The position numbers and the translations under genes are program-made. The notes under the pieces are model-generated. The model saw only the letters and a list, made by a program, of their open reading frames with translations. It was not told the origin of the DNA and made no database searches. A DNA stretch of 63,654 nt, the filler included, from Octopus bimaculoides (Eukaryota): NCBI RefSeq assembly GCF_001194135.2. It is 4 parts of 4 records of this genome, joined end to end, with 100 filler letters (N's around TTAATTAATTAA, not from the genome) between each part and the next. Parts side by side here need not be neighbours in the genome. Positions count along the whole stretch, not along the records: positions 24,876 to 54,188 come from NC_068993.1; 3 more parts are not named here. One strand, 5' to 3'. This document shows, piece after piece, positions 27,344 to 40,228 of the stretch. How positions within the stretch are numbered: the first letter of the stretch is position 1; each line of letters begins with the position of its first letter.

Positions 27344-27639
27344 GTGTGTGTGTGTGACTCCTGCTACTCACCACTATCAACATGGTCACTACTGCTACTA
27401 CTACAGCCAACGATTCTAATCAACACACAAGACAGCCATTATGTTCCCCCACATAAAACACTTCCACATGGACTTTGATGACACTAGTAAGAAATAATTA
27501 TGAAATTTTCTTTTATAGCACTTTTAAAAAAATATATTTTTGATAAGGTTCGTTTTTTTCAAGAAGAACTGAAAAATGTAAAATATCTCTGAGAAAATTA
27601 AAATTCATCTTATATAGTGGCGTTTTCAAACTTCTTTTT

Positions 27640-27696
<57 letters not shown>

Positions 27697-27779
27697 GTAT
27701 GTATGTATATACACACACAGGCACACACACATATATGAATGCATATATGTATGTGTGGGTGTGTGTATGTATGTGCGTA

Positions 27780-28010
27780 GCCTTGTTTAGAAATCACGAT
27801 CGTTGTTGCTGAGTATTGTCATGCAAGTGAGGTTGTTTGTTCCCAGTCTTCAATAAAAAAAATGTGTCCATGTAATGGAAGACATTGCCTTACTGGGAAA
27901 CAAGTGAGGATATCCAGTTGTGGGAAATCTGGTGTAGCCATCTGGTTCACCAGTCCTCAGTCAAATCATCTAACCCATGCTAGCATGGAAAGCGGACGTT
28001 AAACGATGAT
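27780..28010 (-). mobile_element. SINE-like family D copy (CATGCTAGCATGGAAAGCGGACGTTAAACGATGATGAT end)
   Basis: Matches 42315, 48986 and 51971. Confidence 0.8.
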
Positions 28011-28053
28011 GATATATATATATATTTGTATATATATGTGTGTGTGTGTGTTT

Positions 28054-28094
<41 letters not shown>

Positions 28095-28533
28095 TACACA
28101 TATGCAAACAGTTGGTGGTGTGAGAGTGTCTAGATCTAAGTCACGTGTCTTATCTGGGAAAAAAGCTGTGATTTGCAAAATTGTAATTAAAATTACTTTT
28201 AATGAAAATAAACAAAACAACAAACAAATGACTTATTTAGTAAAGCCATGTTGACAAATATTACATGCTGATATGTAATTAGTCATATAACTAATGTATA
28301 TGCAGGCTAATGACATTAATACCCAGAGTTGACCCTGCTTCCAGAAACACACACACACACTCCTATATACATTCACTCATACACTTGCTCATACATAAAT
28401 ACAGAGGCACATACATATATACACACAAACCCTCACACACACACATGCATATATTTACATATATACATACATATGTACATGCATATATATATATATTTAT
28501 ACATAAATACATGTATGTATGCATGCATATATA

Positions 28534-29113
28534 CAGGGTGTGTAAGATATTTGAGGACAGATTTATGTTTATAAAAAAAAGCAGATTTATAATAAAAGAT
28601 AACTTTATTTATCAAAAAATGCTATGAAGATAAAAATAAACCTTCTATTCTAAAATGTCATTCAAAAAACCCACCTACAGCTTCAACAACTGCTTCTGTA
28701 TGAGATCTGAATCAAGAACATGCTTGAATCAAGTGGTCCTGGTTCATTTTGGATATTGCTCTGACGATGGCAGCTTTCAAAGAATCTTTGGTGTTATGGG
28801 CATGTTCATCGACCTCTTTCTCAACAATGCTCCACATGTAATAGTCCAGTGGATTGAGATCTGGGGAATTATGGGGCCAAATGTTAGGGGTTATGTGATC
28901 AGGAAAATTTTCGACCATTCATTCCTGTGCTACTAGAGCCATGTGTTACTAGTGCAGAGTCTTACTAAAACACATATGGCCTTCTATTGCATGCACTGTC
29001 TATCCAGGTCTTAACTATTATTTCCAGGATCTCAATGTAGGCAGCAGAATTAACTCTAAGGCCTTGTAGAAAGAAGGCATCACATGTCCTTCATTGCTGA
29101 CAACCCCTAAAAC
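28534..29113 (-). mobile_element. Tc1/mariner superfamily, maT/DD37D-type transposase 3' remnant with TIR
   Basis: VLGVVSNEGHVMP and ENFPDHITPNIWPHNSPDLNPLDYYMWSIVE; TA-CAGGGTG terminus at 28532-28540. Confidence 0.85.
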
Positions 29114-29353
29114 CNNNNNNNNNNNNNNNNNNNNNNNNNNNNNNNNNNNNNNNNNNNNNNNNNNNNNNNNNNNNNNNNNNNNNNNNNNNNNNNNNNNNNN
29201 NNNNNNNNNNNNNNNNNNNNNNNNNNNNNNNNNNNNNNNNNNNNNNNNNNNNNNNNNNNNNNNNNNNNNNNNNNNNNNNNNNNNNNNNNNNNNNNNNNNN
29301 NNNNNNNNNNNNNNNNNNNNNNNNNNNNNNNNNNNNNNNNNNNNNNNNNNNNN

Positions 29354-29545
29354 ATATATGGGAGAATATACAAAAAATAACAACAGACGAGGACAGGTGG
29401 TGTAAATAACAAAAGTATATATTAGTATGATGCTCGGGAATACGGAAAGTCTTTGACGTTTCGAGCTACGCTCTTCAACAGAAAGAATACGGAGACAAGG
29501 AGAAAAACACGGAGAAAAAAAATTGAATAGTGTTCAGTCAACGGT
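29354..29545 (-). mobile_element. Short Penelope-like/retrozyme-like element with a hammerhead-like motif (motif 29450-29486)
   Basis: 37-mer identical to 32452-32488 and to the reverse complement of 59513-59549; abuts (TA)n. Confidence 0.65.
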
Positions 29546-29588
29546 CAATCATAATAATGGCCGATCATAATATACACAGTTATAATAT

Positions 29589-29855
29589 GGGCATATGGCA
29601 TAGTGGTTAAGAGCATGGGCTACTAACACCAAGATTCTGAGTTTGATTCCAGGCATTGACCTGAATAATAATAATAATAATAATTATTATTATTATTACT
29701 ATTATAACATCGGAAAATACCTTAGGAATGAGAACCCAAGTTTGAAATTTCCCCAAGACACCTGATAAAGGCTGGAGGGTATATCAGCCGAAACGTTAAC
29801 AATAAACAAAATGTGGACAAATATCAGTCAAAAGTAAATAATGTAAATAATGTAC
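29589..29855 (+). mobile_element. tRNA-headed SINE with a decayed hammerhead-like 3' tail
   Basis: A-box TGGCATAGTGGTT, B-box GAGTTTGATTCC, internal (AAT)n/(ATT)n, then CTGATAAA-GGCTG-loop-CAGCC-GAAACGTT at 29762-29797. Confidence 0.6.
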
Positions 29856-30539
29856 TTTATTTTATGTTCTTCCAGTTCACTCATCTGTAGAAATGAGTAG
29901 TGACATCACTGGTGGCAAGCTGTATCAGCCTTTTTCTTTCCCTTGGATAATGTCAGTGGCATGGAAAGGAGAGCTGCTATGCTTGAGTGACTACTGGTCT
30001 TCCATAAACAATCTTGCCTGGACTTGTGCCTTAGAGGGTAACTTTCTAGGTGTAATCCCATGGTCATTCATGACCGAATGGGGGCCTTTTACCCTTTCAA
30101 AATACACTTGCCCAAAGTGCCATGCAGTAGGATTGAACCCCAAATTCACATGGTTGGTTAGCAATCTTCTTAACCACACAATTAGGCCAGCACCTATATA
30201 GAATTTGAAACAACCTGCTTACTCATGCGGAAAAAAAAAAAAGTGCTTTCTGTGTTGTTTAACAACCTGTTTACTAATACAAACAAAAGTGTTTTCACAA
30301 TCATTCTCTCAAAGTCCATTGGAAACTTATCACTGGAACATTTGCAAGAATAGGCTACACAAATATTACAAAGACAAAACTACACAGAGACTTTTCAATA
30401 TGTTTTCTTTTTTTGTTTTATTATTACCATTATTGTTGTTATTATTTTTATTATTGTCGTTATTATTGTTGTTGTGATTATTGTTTTTGCTGTTGTCGTT
30501 ATTGTTCTTATGTTATTCAGACACTTATGAATCATAATT

Positions 30540-30878
30540 AGCTTTTCTTTCTTTCTTTCTTTCTTTCTTTTTCCTTTCTTTCTTTCTTTCTTTCTTTTTC
30601 CTTTCTTTCTTTCTTTCTTTCTTTCTTTAAATTCTTTTATCGTATGTTTTATTTCTTTTCTTTTATTCTCTCTCCCTCTCATTTTCTTTTATTCTTTCTT
30701 TCTTTCTTAATTTCTTTCTTCCCTTCTTTCTTTCTCTCACCTTTTCCTTTCTTGCTACTTTCACTTTTCTTTTGTCCTTTCACCCTTTTTCCCTTTCCTT
30801 CCCCCTCCCTCCTTCCTTCCTTCCTTCCTTCCTTCCTTCCTTCCTTCCTCGCTTTCTTTATTTCTTTCTTTCTGTCGT

Positions 30879-30918
<40 letters not shown>

Positions 30919-31002
30919 TCCTTCTTTCTTTCCTTCTTTCTTTGTTTCTTTCTTTCCTTCTTTCTTTCTTTCCATCTTTCTATTTTTCCTTCTTTCTTTC
31001 TG

Positions 31003-31041
<39 letters not shown>

Positions 31042-31045
31042 CCCA
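30540..31045. repeat. ~500-bp (TTTC)n/(TTCC)n polypyrimidine compound microsatellite
   Basis: Direct reading; source of the spurious K/E/R- and F/L/S-rich ORFs. Confidence 0.95.
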
Positions 31046-31446
31046 TCCCTTCTCCTCTTCCATAATGATTATTGCTGTTGTTACCTTTCCTGTTGGTAGA
31101 GTCAAAGTTATAATTACTCTTATTCTTGTTGTTGTTTAGTCCCGACCCATTCTATCTATCATCAAAACCATTTCAAAAGTCTCTTCCTTTTCCTGCTTCA
31201 GAATACCTAACACCACACAACCCAATGTGTCCTTCCTCTAATACAGTAGCCTATGTGTGATTTGAGGCAATATGGCTGCTATTTCTGGCATTAAACACCT
31301 GAATACCTGCTTCTTCATTTACTCAATGATTAGTAACTGCAACTATTGTATACCTGTTGTTGTTGTAGTTGTTGCTATTGTTATTGTTTTACATGGCCCA
31401 AACAACCCCTGTCAGAAGAGGGAACACTTAGCCTTATTAAAATTAA

Positions 31447-31666
31447 CCCCTTAGCACTCAAACCAGCCAAATCCGGCTAAAATATTGTGCCTGTTTTATG
31501 TTCAAGCCAACCAGATTTTAGCTTTCACACATACCCTACAATGTTATTCTAAAGATAAGTAACCATAGCATTTAAATCCTGAAACTACATGATAATACAT
31601 GGTTGATTCGAAATTATTTGAATACATAAGCATTACACTTAACAAAGGGGTCTGAATGCTAAAGGG
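31447..31666. mobile_element. piggyBac-type MITE
   Basis: TTAA on both flanks; inverted ends CCCCTTAGCACTCA / TGAATGCTAAAGGG (12/14). Confidence 0.75.
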
Positions 31667-32280
31667 TTAATCAAAGATCTTTGGGGTTCTCTCAATGATC
31701 CCTTACAGGCCAAGCAGTTTTAGCTGCATAGTAGGCCCTGTGTAAATCAATGCACTTTGCCCTGTAGTATTTACTTATTGACAGCAAGTCACAGCATACT
31801 TAGATCATAATTAGGCCCCTAAACCCTTGAAGCCCTTAGGCAGCTGCTCAGTGTGTCCATGCATTAAAATGGCACAGCTTACAAATCTGCACCCCTGTTT
31901 GTAATGCTTCATATTGTTTCCTTTTTATATTGTTAATTTTTTGTAAATATATATATATAAAGATATATATATATATTGATTTTAGAACGATTGTTCTAAC
32001 AAACCACGGACGATTTTACGTAAGTAAAAGAGTTGATGGCGAAACCGGTACACAATTAATTCCTTACTTTTTATATATTTTTCATTTTGTCCTGCCCGCC
32101 TAAGCTCTGGTATTTTGCTGAATTTTTTTCTGGAGAACATGATTTTTCTTTTTTTTCTTTTTTTTTCATTTGTGGTTGGGGTCGTTGATGACCTCTTTCT
32201 AGCATATTGGATGTCCACCTAGTGGTCATCCCTTCTTATACGCATCAAGAATCTTGCAAACCAAATACAAATATGAACTA

Positions 32281-32315
<35 letters not shown>

Positions 32316-32334
32316 ATATATATATATATATATA

Positions 32335-32535
32335 TATATGGGAGAATATANNNNNNNNNNTATGGGAGAATATACGAAAAAACAACAGACGAGGACAGGT
32401 GGTGTAAATAACAAAAGGATGTATTAGTATGACGCTCGGGAATACGGAAAGTCTTTGACGTTTCGAGCTACGCTCTTCAACAGAAAGAATATGGAGACAA
32501 GGAGAAAAACACGGAGAAAAAAAATTGAATAGTGT
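32335..32535 (-). mobile_element. Short Penelope-like/retrozyme-like element with a hammerhead-like motif (motif 32452-32488)
   Basis: Near-identical to 29354-29545; abuts (TA)n. Confidence 0.65.
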
Positions 32536-32798
32536 CCAATATATATATATATATCTTCTACTATAATAATACTCTTATGTATGTGTGTGCGTGTGCAAGG
32601 GAAGTATTTGAATGTTTGTATGTGCGAACCAGCTTTCTTTCAGTAACAAACAATGATCGATGTCACATCTCAAAAGACAACCACTAGATAACATTGACAA
32701 ATACATTAATTTGATTTACCATCCATATTCATACATAAAACACTACAATTAGCCGTCATTTTTCATGGCACAGGGCCAGCTAATATAATAATAATTCA

Positions 32799-33182
32799 TT
32801 GTGTGGTAAGAAGTTTGCTTCCCAGCCACATGGTTCCAGGTTCAGTCCCACTGTGGGGAACATTGGGCAAGCATCTTCTACTATCGCCTTGGGAAAACCA
32901 AACTCTTGTGAGCAGATTTGGTAGACAGAAACTGAAAGAAGTCCGTCATATAATTATATCTATTTATGTGAGTGTATTTGTCCTCACCACCATTACTTGA
33001 CAACCAATGTTGGTGTGTTTACACCCCCGTAACTTAGCAGTTGGCAAAAGAGACTGATAGAATAAGTATTAGGCTTGCAAAGAATAAGACCCGGGGTCGA
33101 TTTCTTTGAGTAACAAAAAACCCTTCAAGGCAGTGCTCCAGTGTGGCCAGACTCAAATGACTAACAAGTAAAAGAATAAAAG
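32799..33182 (+). mobile_element. SINE family A copy (GTGTGGTAAG..GGTTCAGTCCCACTG..GAAACTGAAAGAAG..GACTGAAACAAGTAAAAG)
   Basis: tRNA-like head and a bipartite body shared with at least eight other copies. Confidence 0.85.
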
Positions 33183-33269
33183 AATAATAACAATAATGAT
33201 TTAATGTAAATAAAATGTCAAATGTTTTTGGACGTGACTTTTGGTCCACCCTGTAAACATATATTCTTT

Positions 33270-33462
33270 TCTACACTAGGCACAAGGTCCAAAATTTTTG
33301 GAGAGGGGACCAGTCAAGTAGATTGACACCAGTAAGCAACTGGTACTTAATTTATCGACTCTGAAAGGATGAAAGGCAAAGTTGTTCTCGGCAGAATTTG
33401 AACTCAGAATGTAAAGACATGAAATACCACCTAAGCATTTAAAATCTCTGCCAGCTCTCCAC
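33270..33462 (-). mobile_element. SINE family B copy
   Basis: GAAAGGCAAAGTT..GGCAGAATTTGAACTCAGAA. Confidence 0.75.
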
Positions 33463-33550
33463 TTTCTTGTACATGTATATTACAATTTCACAATTAGCTG
33501 ACACCTTACCATAGACTAAGAACACCTGTATTTTAAATATACCTGTATGC

Positions 33551-33605
<55 letters not shown>

Positions 33606-33646
33606 NNNNNNNNNNNNNNNNNNNNNNNNNNNNNNNNNNNNNNNNN

Positions 33647-33693
<47 letters not shown>

Positions 33694-34075
33694 ATACATA
33701 TGTATGTATGTATGTATGTATAGAAGGATGGATAGATGCATACATATGTACTCTTCTCTTATATAGACACATACACATTGACGCACACACACAAACACAA
33801 ACACACACATGTACTGCTTGAAGCTCGCTTTATATATTCTCTCTTTCTCTCTCTCTCTCTATATATATATTTGTGTATGTCTGTGTGTGTTTGTGTGATT
33901 ATATACATACGCATTCCTTTCACTTACTTTGACCTCATTGATTTCCACCACCTTTCTGAATTACAATTGTTCACTGAGTACTGACAATGGGACACATTGA
34001 GAGTTTAAAAGCTTTGAGAGGGCCATTCTTTAAGGCCTGCTGAATAACAACAACAACAACAACAATGATAATAAC

Positions 34076-34111
<36 letters not shown>

Positions 34112-34367
34112 GACAACAACAATGATAATAATAATGATTTCTTTCTTTATTTTAATTCATTTGTTCACTATATATATATCGATATACACATGCAGAAATG
34201 CACACATGTATATACACACACATATAGAATACTCATACATTCATAAACACTTGATGTATATATCCATAAAAGCTTGCTGGTTCCTCTATCTGCATAAACA
34301 CACATGCATACATAGGCACTCATATATGCACACCCATACAAGTTCACCACACACACACACACATATT

Positions 34368-34403
<36 letters not shown>

Positions 34404-34454
34404 AAGCCCACCTAGATAGATAGATAGATAGATATGTTTATACATATGCATATC

Positions 34455-34645
34455 TCTTTTAACTTTTATTTGTTTCAGTCATTAGACTATGGCCATGCTG
34501 GGGCATCGCCCTAAACTGTTTTTAGCTGAATGAATTGAACTCGGTCCTCTTTTGTCAAAAACTAAGTTATGGGAATGTAAACAAACCAGCACCGGTTGTC
34601 AAGTGGTGGTGAGGGACAAACACAGACACTGAGACACACACTCAC

Positions 34646-34691
<46 letters not shown>

Positions 34692-34697
34692 ACACAT

Positions 34698-34729
<32 letters not shown>

Positions 34730-34875
34730 CACAACTGGCTTTCAGTTTCAGTCTACTAAATCCACTCTTAAGGCTTTGGTCAGCTCAAGGTTATAGTAAA
34801 AGACACTTGTCCAAGATGCTACTGAGTGGGACTGAACCCAGTGCCATGTAGTTGAGAAGAAGACTTCTTTTGCAC

Positions 34876-34878
<3 letters not shown>
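34455..34878 (-). mobile_element. SINE family A copy with an internal compound microsatellite
   Basis: Both halves present, separated by (CTGT)n(CT)n(AT)n. Confidence 0.8.
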
Positions 34879-34921
<43 letters not shown>

Positions 34922-35269
34922 TGGTTTCTGATTTAGGTAGAAGGCCAGTAGTTTTGAAGGAAGAAGATTAGTAAATACCATTAACCCTAGTACATAACTG
35001 GTACTTTATTTTACCAACCGTGAAAGGATGAAAGGCAAAGTTCACCTTAGCACCTTTGCTGAAATGTATAAGACCATAACTAACTATCACAAGGGTTTGG
35101 TCAGCGAGAGGCTATACCAGAAGACACTCACCCAAGGTGCTACACAGTGGGACTGAACCCAGGACCATGAGGTTTGTAAGCAAGCTACTTACCACACAGC
35201 CACTCCTGTGTCTATATATGTTTGTGTCTATATTCACCATGATAGATCGCTGACCACTACATTTATATT

Positions 35270-35405
35270 TTTTTCTCCTTGTTTCTCTCCTTATTTCTTT
35301 CTGTGTTCCTTTCAGTTGAAGAACGTAGCTCAAAACATCAAAGACTTTCTCTATTCCCGAGCCTTAAACTAATACATCCATTTGTTGTTTACACCACCTG
35401 TCTTC
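35270..35405 (+). mobile_element. Diverged copy of the hammerhead-like element
   Basis: CAGTTGAAGAACGTAGCTCAAAACATCAAAGACTTT..TATTCCCGAGC..TTTACACCACCTGTC matches 59513-59615 with mutations. Confidence 0.6.
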
Positions 35406-35415
35406 NNNNNNNNNN

Positions 35416-35460
<45 letters not shown>

Positions 35461-35466
<6 letters not shown>

Positions 35467-35675
35467 AGAGGCTGAAAAGTTCCTGGGTTTAAGGGTATTG
35501 TGAAAGGCCAAGTTGGATTCCCTACCTTCAAGTTCTTCTACAGGGCTTAGAAAAACTGAAGGACTGCTGCAATAAGTGTGTGAATCTGAGAGAGGAATAT
35601 GTTGAGTAAAATCATAATTGACTGAGCCTCCTGAATTTTCTCTTATCCCAAGCCAGGAACTTTGCAGTATCCTCT
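35461..35675. mobile_element. mariner-derived MITE
   Basis: Inverted ends GAGGAGAGGCTGAAAAGTTCCTGG / CCAGGAACTTTGCAGTATCCTC; interior retains GLEKLKDCCNKCVNLRGEYVE*-like mariner C-terminus (read with a frameshift). Confidence 0.7.
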
Positions 35676-35751
35676 AATGTATATACATATATATATATAT
35701 ATATTTATATATACCGTTCCCTCTCTCTCTCTCTTTCTCTTTTTCTCCCTG

Positions 35752-36040
35752 TCTCATCATCATGATCATCCTTTATCATCTGTTTTCCATGCATGGGTTG
35801 GATGGTTTGACTGGGGACTGGCAAGCCAGTAGGCTGCACCAGGTGCCAATTTGATCTGGCAAGGTTTCTACGGATTGATGCCGTGCCTAATGCCAACCAC
35901 TCCGAGAGTGTAGAGGGTGCTTTTTACATGCCACCGGTACAGGTGCCAGTCAGGCGGCACTGGCAGCAACCATGTTTGGATGGTGCTTTTTGTGTGCCAT
36001 CAGCACAGGAGCTGTTTGAGGGAGACTGGTATCAGCCACA
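35752..36040 (+). mobile_element. SINE-like family D copy (diverged)
   Basis: CATGCATGGGTTGGATGGTTTGAC..CCTAATGCCAACCAC. Confidence 0.65.
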
Positions 36041-37144
36041 ACTACAATTTCCAATGTATATATACATATATATGTATGTATGTACATACACACAAACACA
36101 CACATATATATACATATACATGCATACATTTATATATNNNNNNNNNNNNNNNNNNNNNNNNNNNNNNNNNNNNNNNNNNNNNNNNNNNNNNNNNNNNNNN
36201 NNNNNNNNNNNNNNNNNNNNNNNNNNNNNNNNNNNNNNNNNNNNNNNNNNNNNNNNNNNNNNNNNNNNNNNNNNNNNNNNNNNNNNNNNNNNNNNNNNNN
36301 NNNNNNNNNNNNNNNNNNNNNNNNNNNNNNNNNNNNNNNNNNNNNNNNNNNNNNNNNNNNNNNNNNNNNNNNNNNNNNNNNNNNNNNNNNNNNNNNNNNN
36401 NNNNNNNNNNNNNNNNNNNNNNNNNNNNNNNNNNNNNNNNNNNNNNNNNNNNNNNNNNNNNNNNNNNNNNNNNNNNNNNNNNNNNNNNNNNNNNNNNNNN
36501 NNNNNNNNNNNNNNNNNNNNNNNNNNNNNNNNNNNNNNNNNNNNNNNNNNNNNNNNNNNNNNNNNNNNNNNNNNNNNNNNNNNNNNNNNNNNNNNNNNNN
36601 NNNNNNNNNNNNNNNNNNNNNNNNNNNNNNNNNNNNNNNNNNNNNNNNNNNNNNNNNNNNNNNNNNNNNNNNNNNNNNNNNNNNNNNNNNNNNNNNNNNN
36701 NATATATATAAATATATATATGTACATGATGATGATGATATGTACATGTGAATGTACATGCTTTTTGTGCATATATATGGTAATGTTTATGTGTGTGTGT
36801 GTGTGCGTGTGTTAGTGTGTGCATGTGTGTGTATTTTTGCTGTTGGTTTGAAGAATGCTTTCAATCTGTCTCTTTCTTTTCTTTTTTTTCTTCCTTCTTC
36901 TGTTTCTCATGTGTATATGTATGTATGCATGTTGATGTGTGAGTATAAATAAAAATATATACATACATACACCTATGTATAATCGTACTTTTATTAGATG
37001 CATCGATCTATACAGCTGATATAGAAGCATACACAGACACAAATATACATGCATACACACATGCATACGCATACTCTCTCTCTCACACACACACATACAC
37101 ACATGTACATATATATTTATGCTTTTGTGTATGTCTGCATATTA

Positions 37145-37179
<35 letters not shown>

Positions 37180-38407
37180 ATATCTTTGTATNNNNNNNNN
37201 NNNNNNNNNNNNNNNNNNNNNNNNNNNNNNNNNNNNNNNNNNNNNNNNNNNNNNNNNNNNNNNNNNNNNNNNNNNNNNNNNNNNNNNNNNNNNNNNNNNN
37301 NNNNNNNNNNNNNNNNNNNNNNNNNNNNNNNNNNNNATATATATATATATATTGGAAAATACTACCTTGCTTAGGAACAATTAAGGGTTAGTCACAAGAA
37401 AGGCATCTGGCTGTACAAAATATATATATATATATATATACTCATCATTTTTATGATCAGGATTTTCTCCAAGACTGATCAAAGCTTTTAGAGTGGATTT
37501 GTTAGAGGGAAACTAAAAGAAGCCTGTTGTACATGAATATGTATGCATGTGTGTGTGTTTGTGCACAAGTGTTTGTGTGTTCATTGTCTAGACATGGTTA
37601 TAAATGAAAATTACAGTCATGTTTGGAAAACATGTTTACTTATTGGAAAATACTACCTTGGTTAGGAACAATTAAGGGTTAGTCACAAGAAAGGCATCTG
37701 GCTGTACAAAATCTGCCTCAACAAATTCTTTCTGACCCATGCAAGCATGGAGAAGTGGACATTAAACCATGATGATGATCGTGGTGATGATGACATTATT
37801 ACTATCAAATATATTATTATTATTATTGTTATTATTATATACCTTTATATATTTTTATACATTATTAGATCATGATGATGATGATCATCATTTAATGTCT
37901 GTCTCCCAAGCTGACTAGATAGAAGACCACACCAGGCTACTGTGTCTGTTTTGGCATGGTTTTTACGGCTGGAAGCCCTTCCTAACACCAACCACCCCGT
38001 AGTGTGGACTATTATTATATATTATTACATATTATTATTATTATTACCTCTGCCTTAGCAAAGGTGGAAGTATTATTTTCAGTCGTGTTTTTTTGTTTGT
38101 CCTTGGACAAGATATCTCAAGAACCGCTGGATGGATTAAGATGAGAACTTTCAGGGATGTTTGACCTTGTGACTGGCATGAATTGATTAGATCTTGGGAT
38201 CGATCCAGTACTGGACAAGGATTCTGGATTATTTTTCCTTTTTTTTTACTTAATTTTTGAGAGTGGTTGGGTTCATTTTCAGTATTCTCATTTTTGAGAG
38301 CAATCGAACTTATTTCATATATTCTCATTTCAAAAAAATCATCTCTGGTTTATTGTTGAAGGGACATTGGTGTTGTCTTGGTAGAGGTTTGTGCTCACTG
38401 AGTGCTC

Positions 38408-38462
<55 letters not shown>

Positions 38463-38708
38463 AAATATTATTAATGATGATATTATTATATATGATTAAA
38501 GCTGAAAAATTCTTCACTGTCTGTTGCTCAAAGTTTCACGTCACCGTTCATCGGACAGCTGTGATAATTAATTTTAGTAAGATCACAACTGTCCAATGAA
38601 TGGTAACATGAATCTTTGAGTAACAGTTTGTGAAGACTGTTTTCAGCTTTAATAAAAAGCACATTACTCAACCTTTGTTTTGCATTTATGTGCTTACCTG
38701 TGTGTGTG

Positions 38709-38776
<68 letters not shown>

Positions 38777-39143
38777 CATCTATCTATCCATCTATCTATC
38801 TATCGCTCTATCTATTTATCTATTCACATGCAGTTAAATATATGTCTGGTCATAGAGTGACCAGTGATTTTGCATCGGCTCGGCCAAGCCTCAAATGATA
38901 TTTTAGCCTTTGTTCACATATTAACTGACTGTATCAATTTTCTATCTCCTGTTTGAAGAGGGATATATGCCATCCACCATTTGAATCTGATAAGCTATCC
39001 ATGAAGCTTATCCTTTACAGATGCAAAACCATTGGTCACTCTATGACTAGACATACATTTAACTGCATGTAAATACATTACTATTCTATTCTTTGGAGTG
39101 TACTTCATTTTTTGATATATGGTCCCCGGACAAAATATATATA

Positions 39144-39445
39144 GGACGTTCAGTTGGAAGGCCGCTCTTGTGCTTCAAAGACAAATTAAAAGACAATCTG
39201 AGGTAATGCAAAGTTCCCATTTCTTCCTTGGAAAACAAAGCATTAGAATGCAGGACCTGGTGTCAGTCCTGCTTGTCTTCAGTTCAAAGATTTGAGCACA
39301 GTCAACTTCAACGTTGGGACCGACTTTGTGAAAGCATGAAGGCACACGGGCAAAATGCTGCTCTTCTAAATGGAAACCTTACCTGTCATTGTGGTTTTGT
39401 GGCATGAAGCTAAGTAGGCTTTGCTGTCCCCTCAAGAAAACACAT
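39144..39445 (+). mobile_element. RTE (BovB-like) LINE 3' fragment
   Basis: GRSVGRPLLCFKDKLKDNLR*CKVP..ALECRTW..TCHCGFVA*S*VG..SRKH (G-R-P motif and C2H2-like remnant). Confidence 0.7.
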
Positions 39446-39546
39446 ATTAAATGATCCACAAGCACCTCAAGCAAAGTGACTCCTCAACAATGTGGTTGGG
39501 AAACAAGCTCCTTATCACACAGCCATGCCTGCTTCATATAAGATAG

Positions 39547-40228
39547 GGATCTTTTTTAAAACGGGGGCCACATTTTTCATTAATGTTTTACGTAGTGTTT
39601 TTGGTACCGAAAGACTTTCAAACTTCGTATACTTATCTATTTTGTGTTATAGAACAGAAAAATAGTTTTGTATTCGAATTTATTTCATGTAAAAAATTGT
39701 CTTATTTCGATAATTTCAACCAATCACTGACGTCCATTCAGCCGATATACATTAAGTGCCGACTACATAAACAAACGATTCTGAAACAATTNNNNNNNNN
39801 NNNNNNNNNNNNNNNNNNNNNNNNNNNNNNNNNNNNNNNNNNNNNNNNNNNNNNNNNNNNNNNNNNNNNNNNNNNNNNNNNNNNNNNNNNNNNNNNNNNN
39901 NNNNNNATATTAAATTTGCTTTAACCCTAACCCTAACCCTAACCCCAACCCTAACCCTAGGGTTAGGGTTAGGGTTAGAGTTAGGGTTAATTGTTTCAGA
40001 ATCGTTTGTTTATGTAGTCGGCACTTAATGTATATCGGCTGAATGGACGTCAGTGATTGGTTGAAATTACAGAAATACGACAACTTTAACATGGAATAAT
40101 TTATGGATTTCTTTTTTTTTTAAGAAGACTAAGAGAAAAAGATGTTTTATATGACACATTCTACCAGTGTTCCAAGTTTCAAAGTGTTTCGTTAATGAAA
40201 AATGTGGCCCCCGTTTTAAAAAAGATCC
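39547..40228. mobile_element. Foldback DNA element: perfect 37-bp TIRs, 8-bp TSD (TAAGATAG), inner perfect 81-bp inverted repeat, telomeric-repeat core
   Basis: TIR 39547-39583 is the reverse complement of 40192-40228; TSD 39539-39546 and 40229-40236; inner IR 39711-39791 / 39989-40069. Confidence 0.9.
39921..39990. repeat. Interstitial (CCCTAA)n then (TTAGGG)n palindrome
   Basis: About six CCCTAA units followed by about five TTAGGG units, centre ccct|aggg at 39958/39959. Confidence 0.95.

Noticed and set aside
39921-39990. Ancestral telomere-telomere fusion site
   Set aside because: The order is (CCCTAA)n then (TTAGGG)n, opposite to a fusion, and the array sits inside a TIR/TSD-bounded element.
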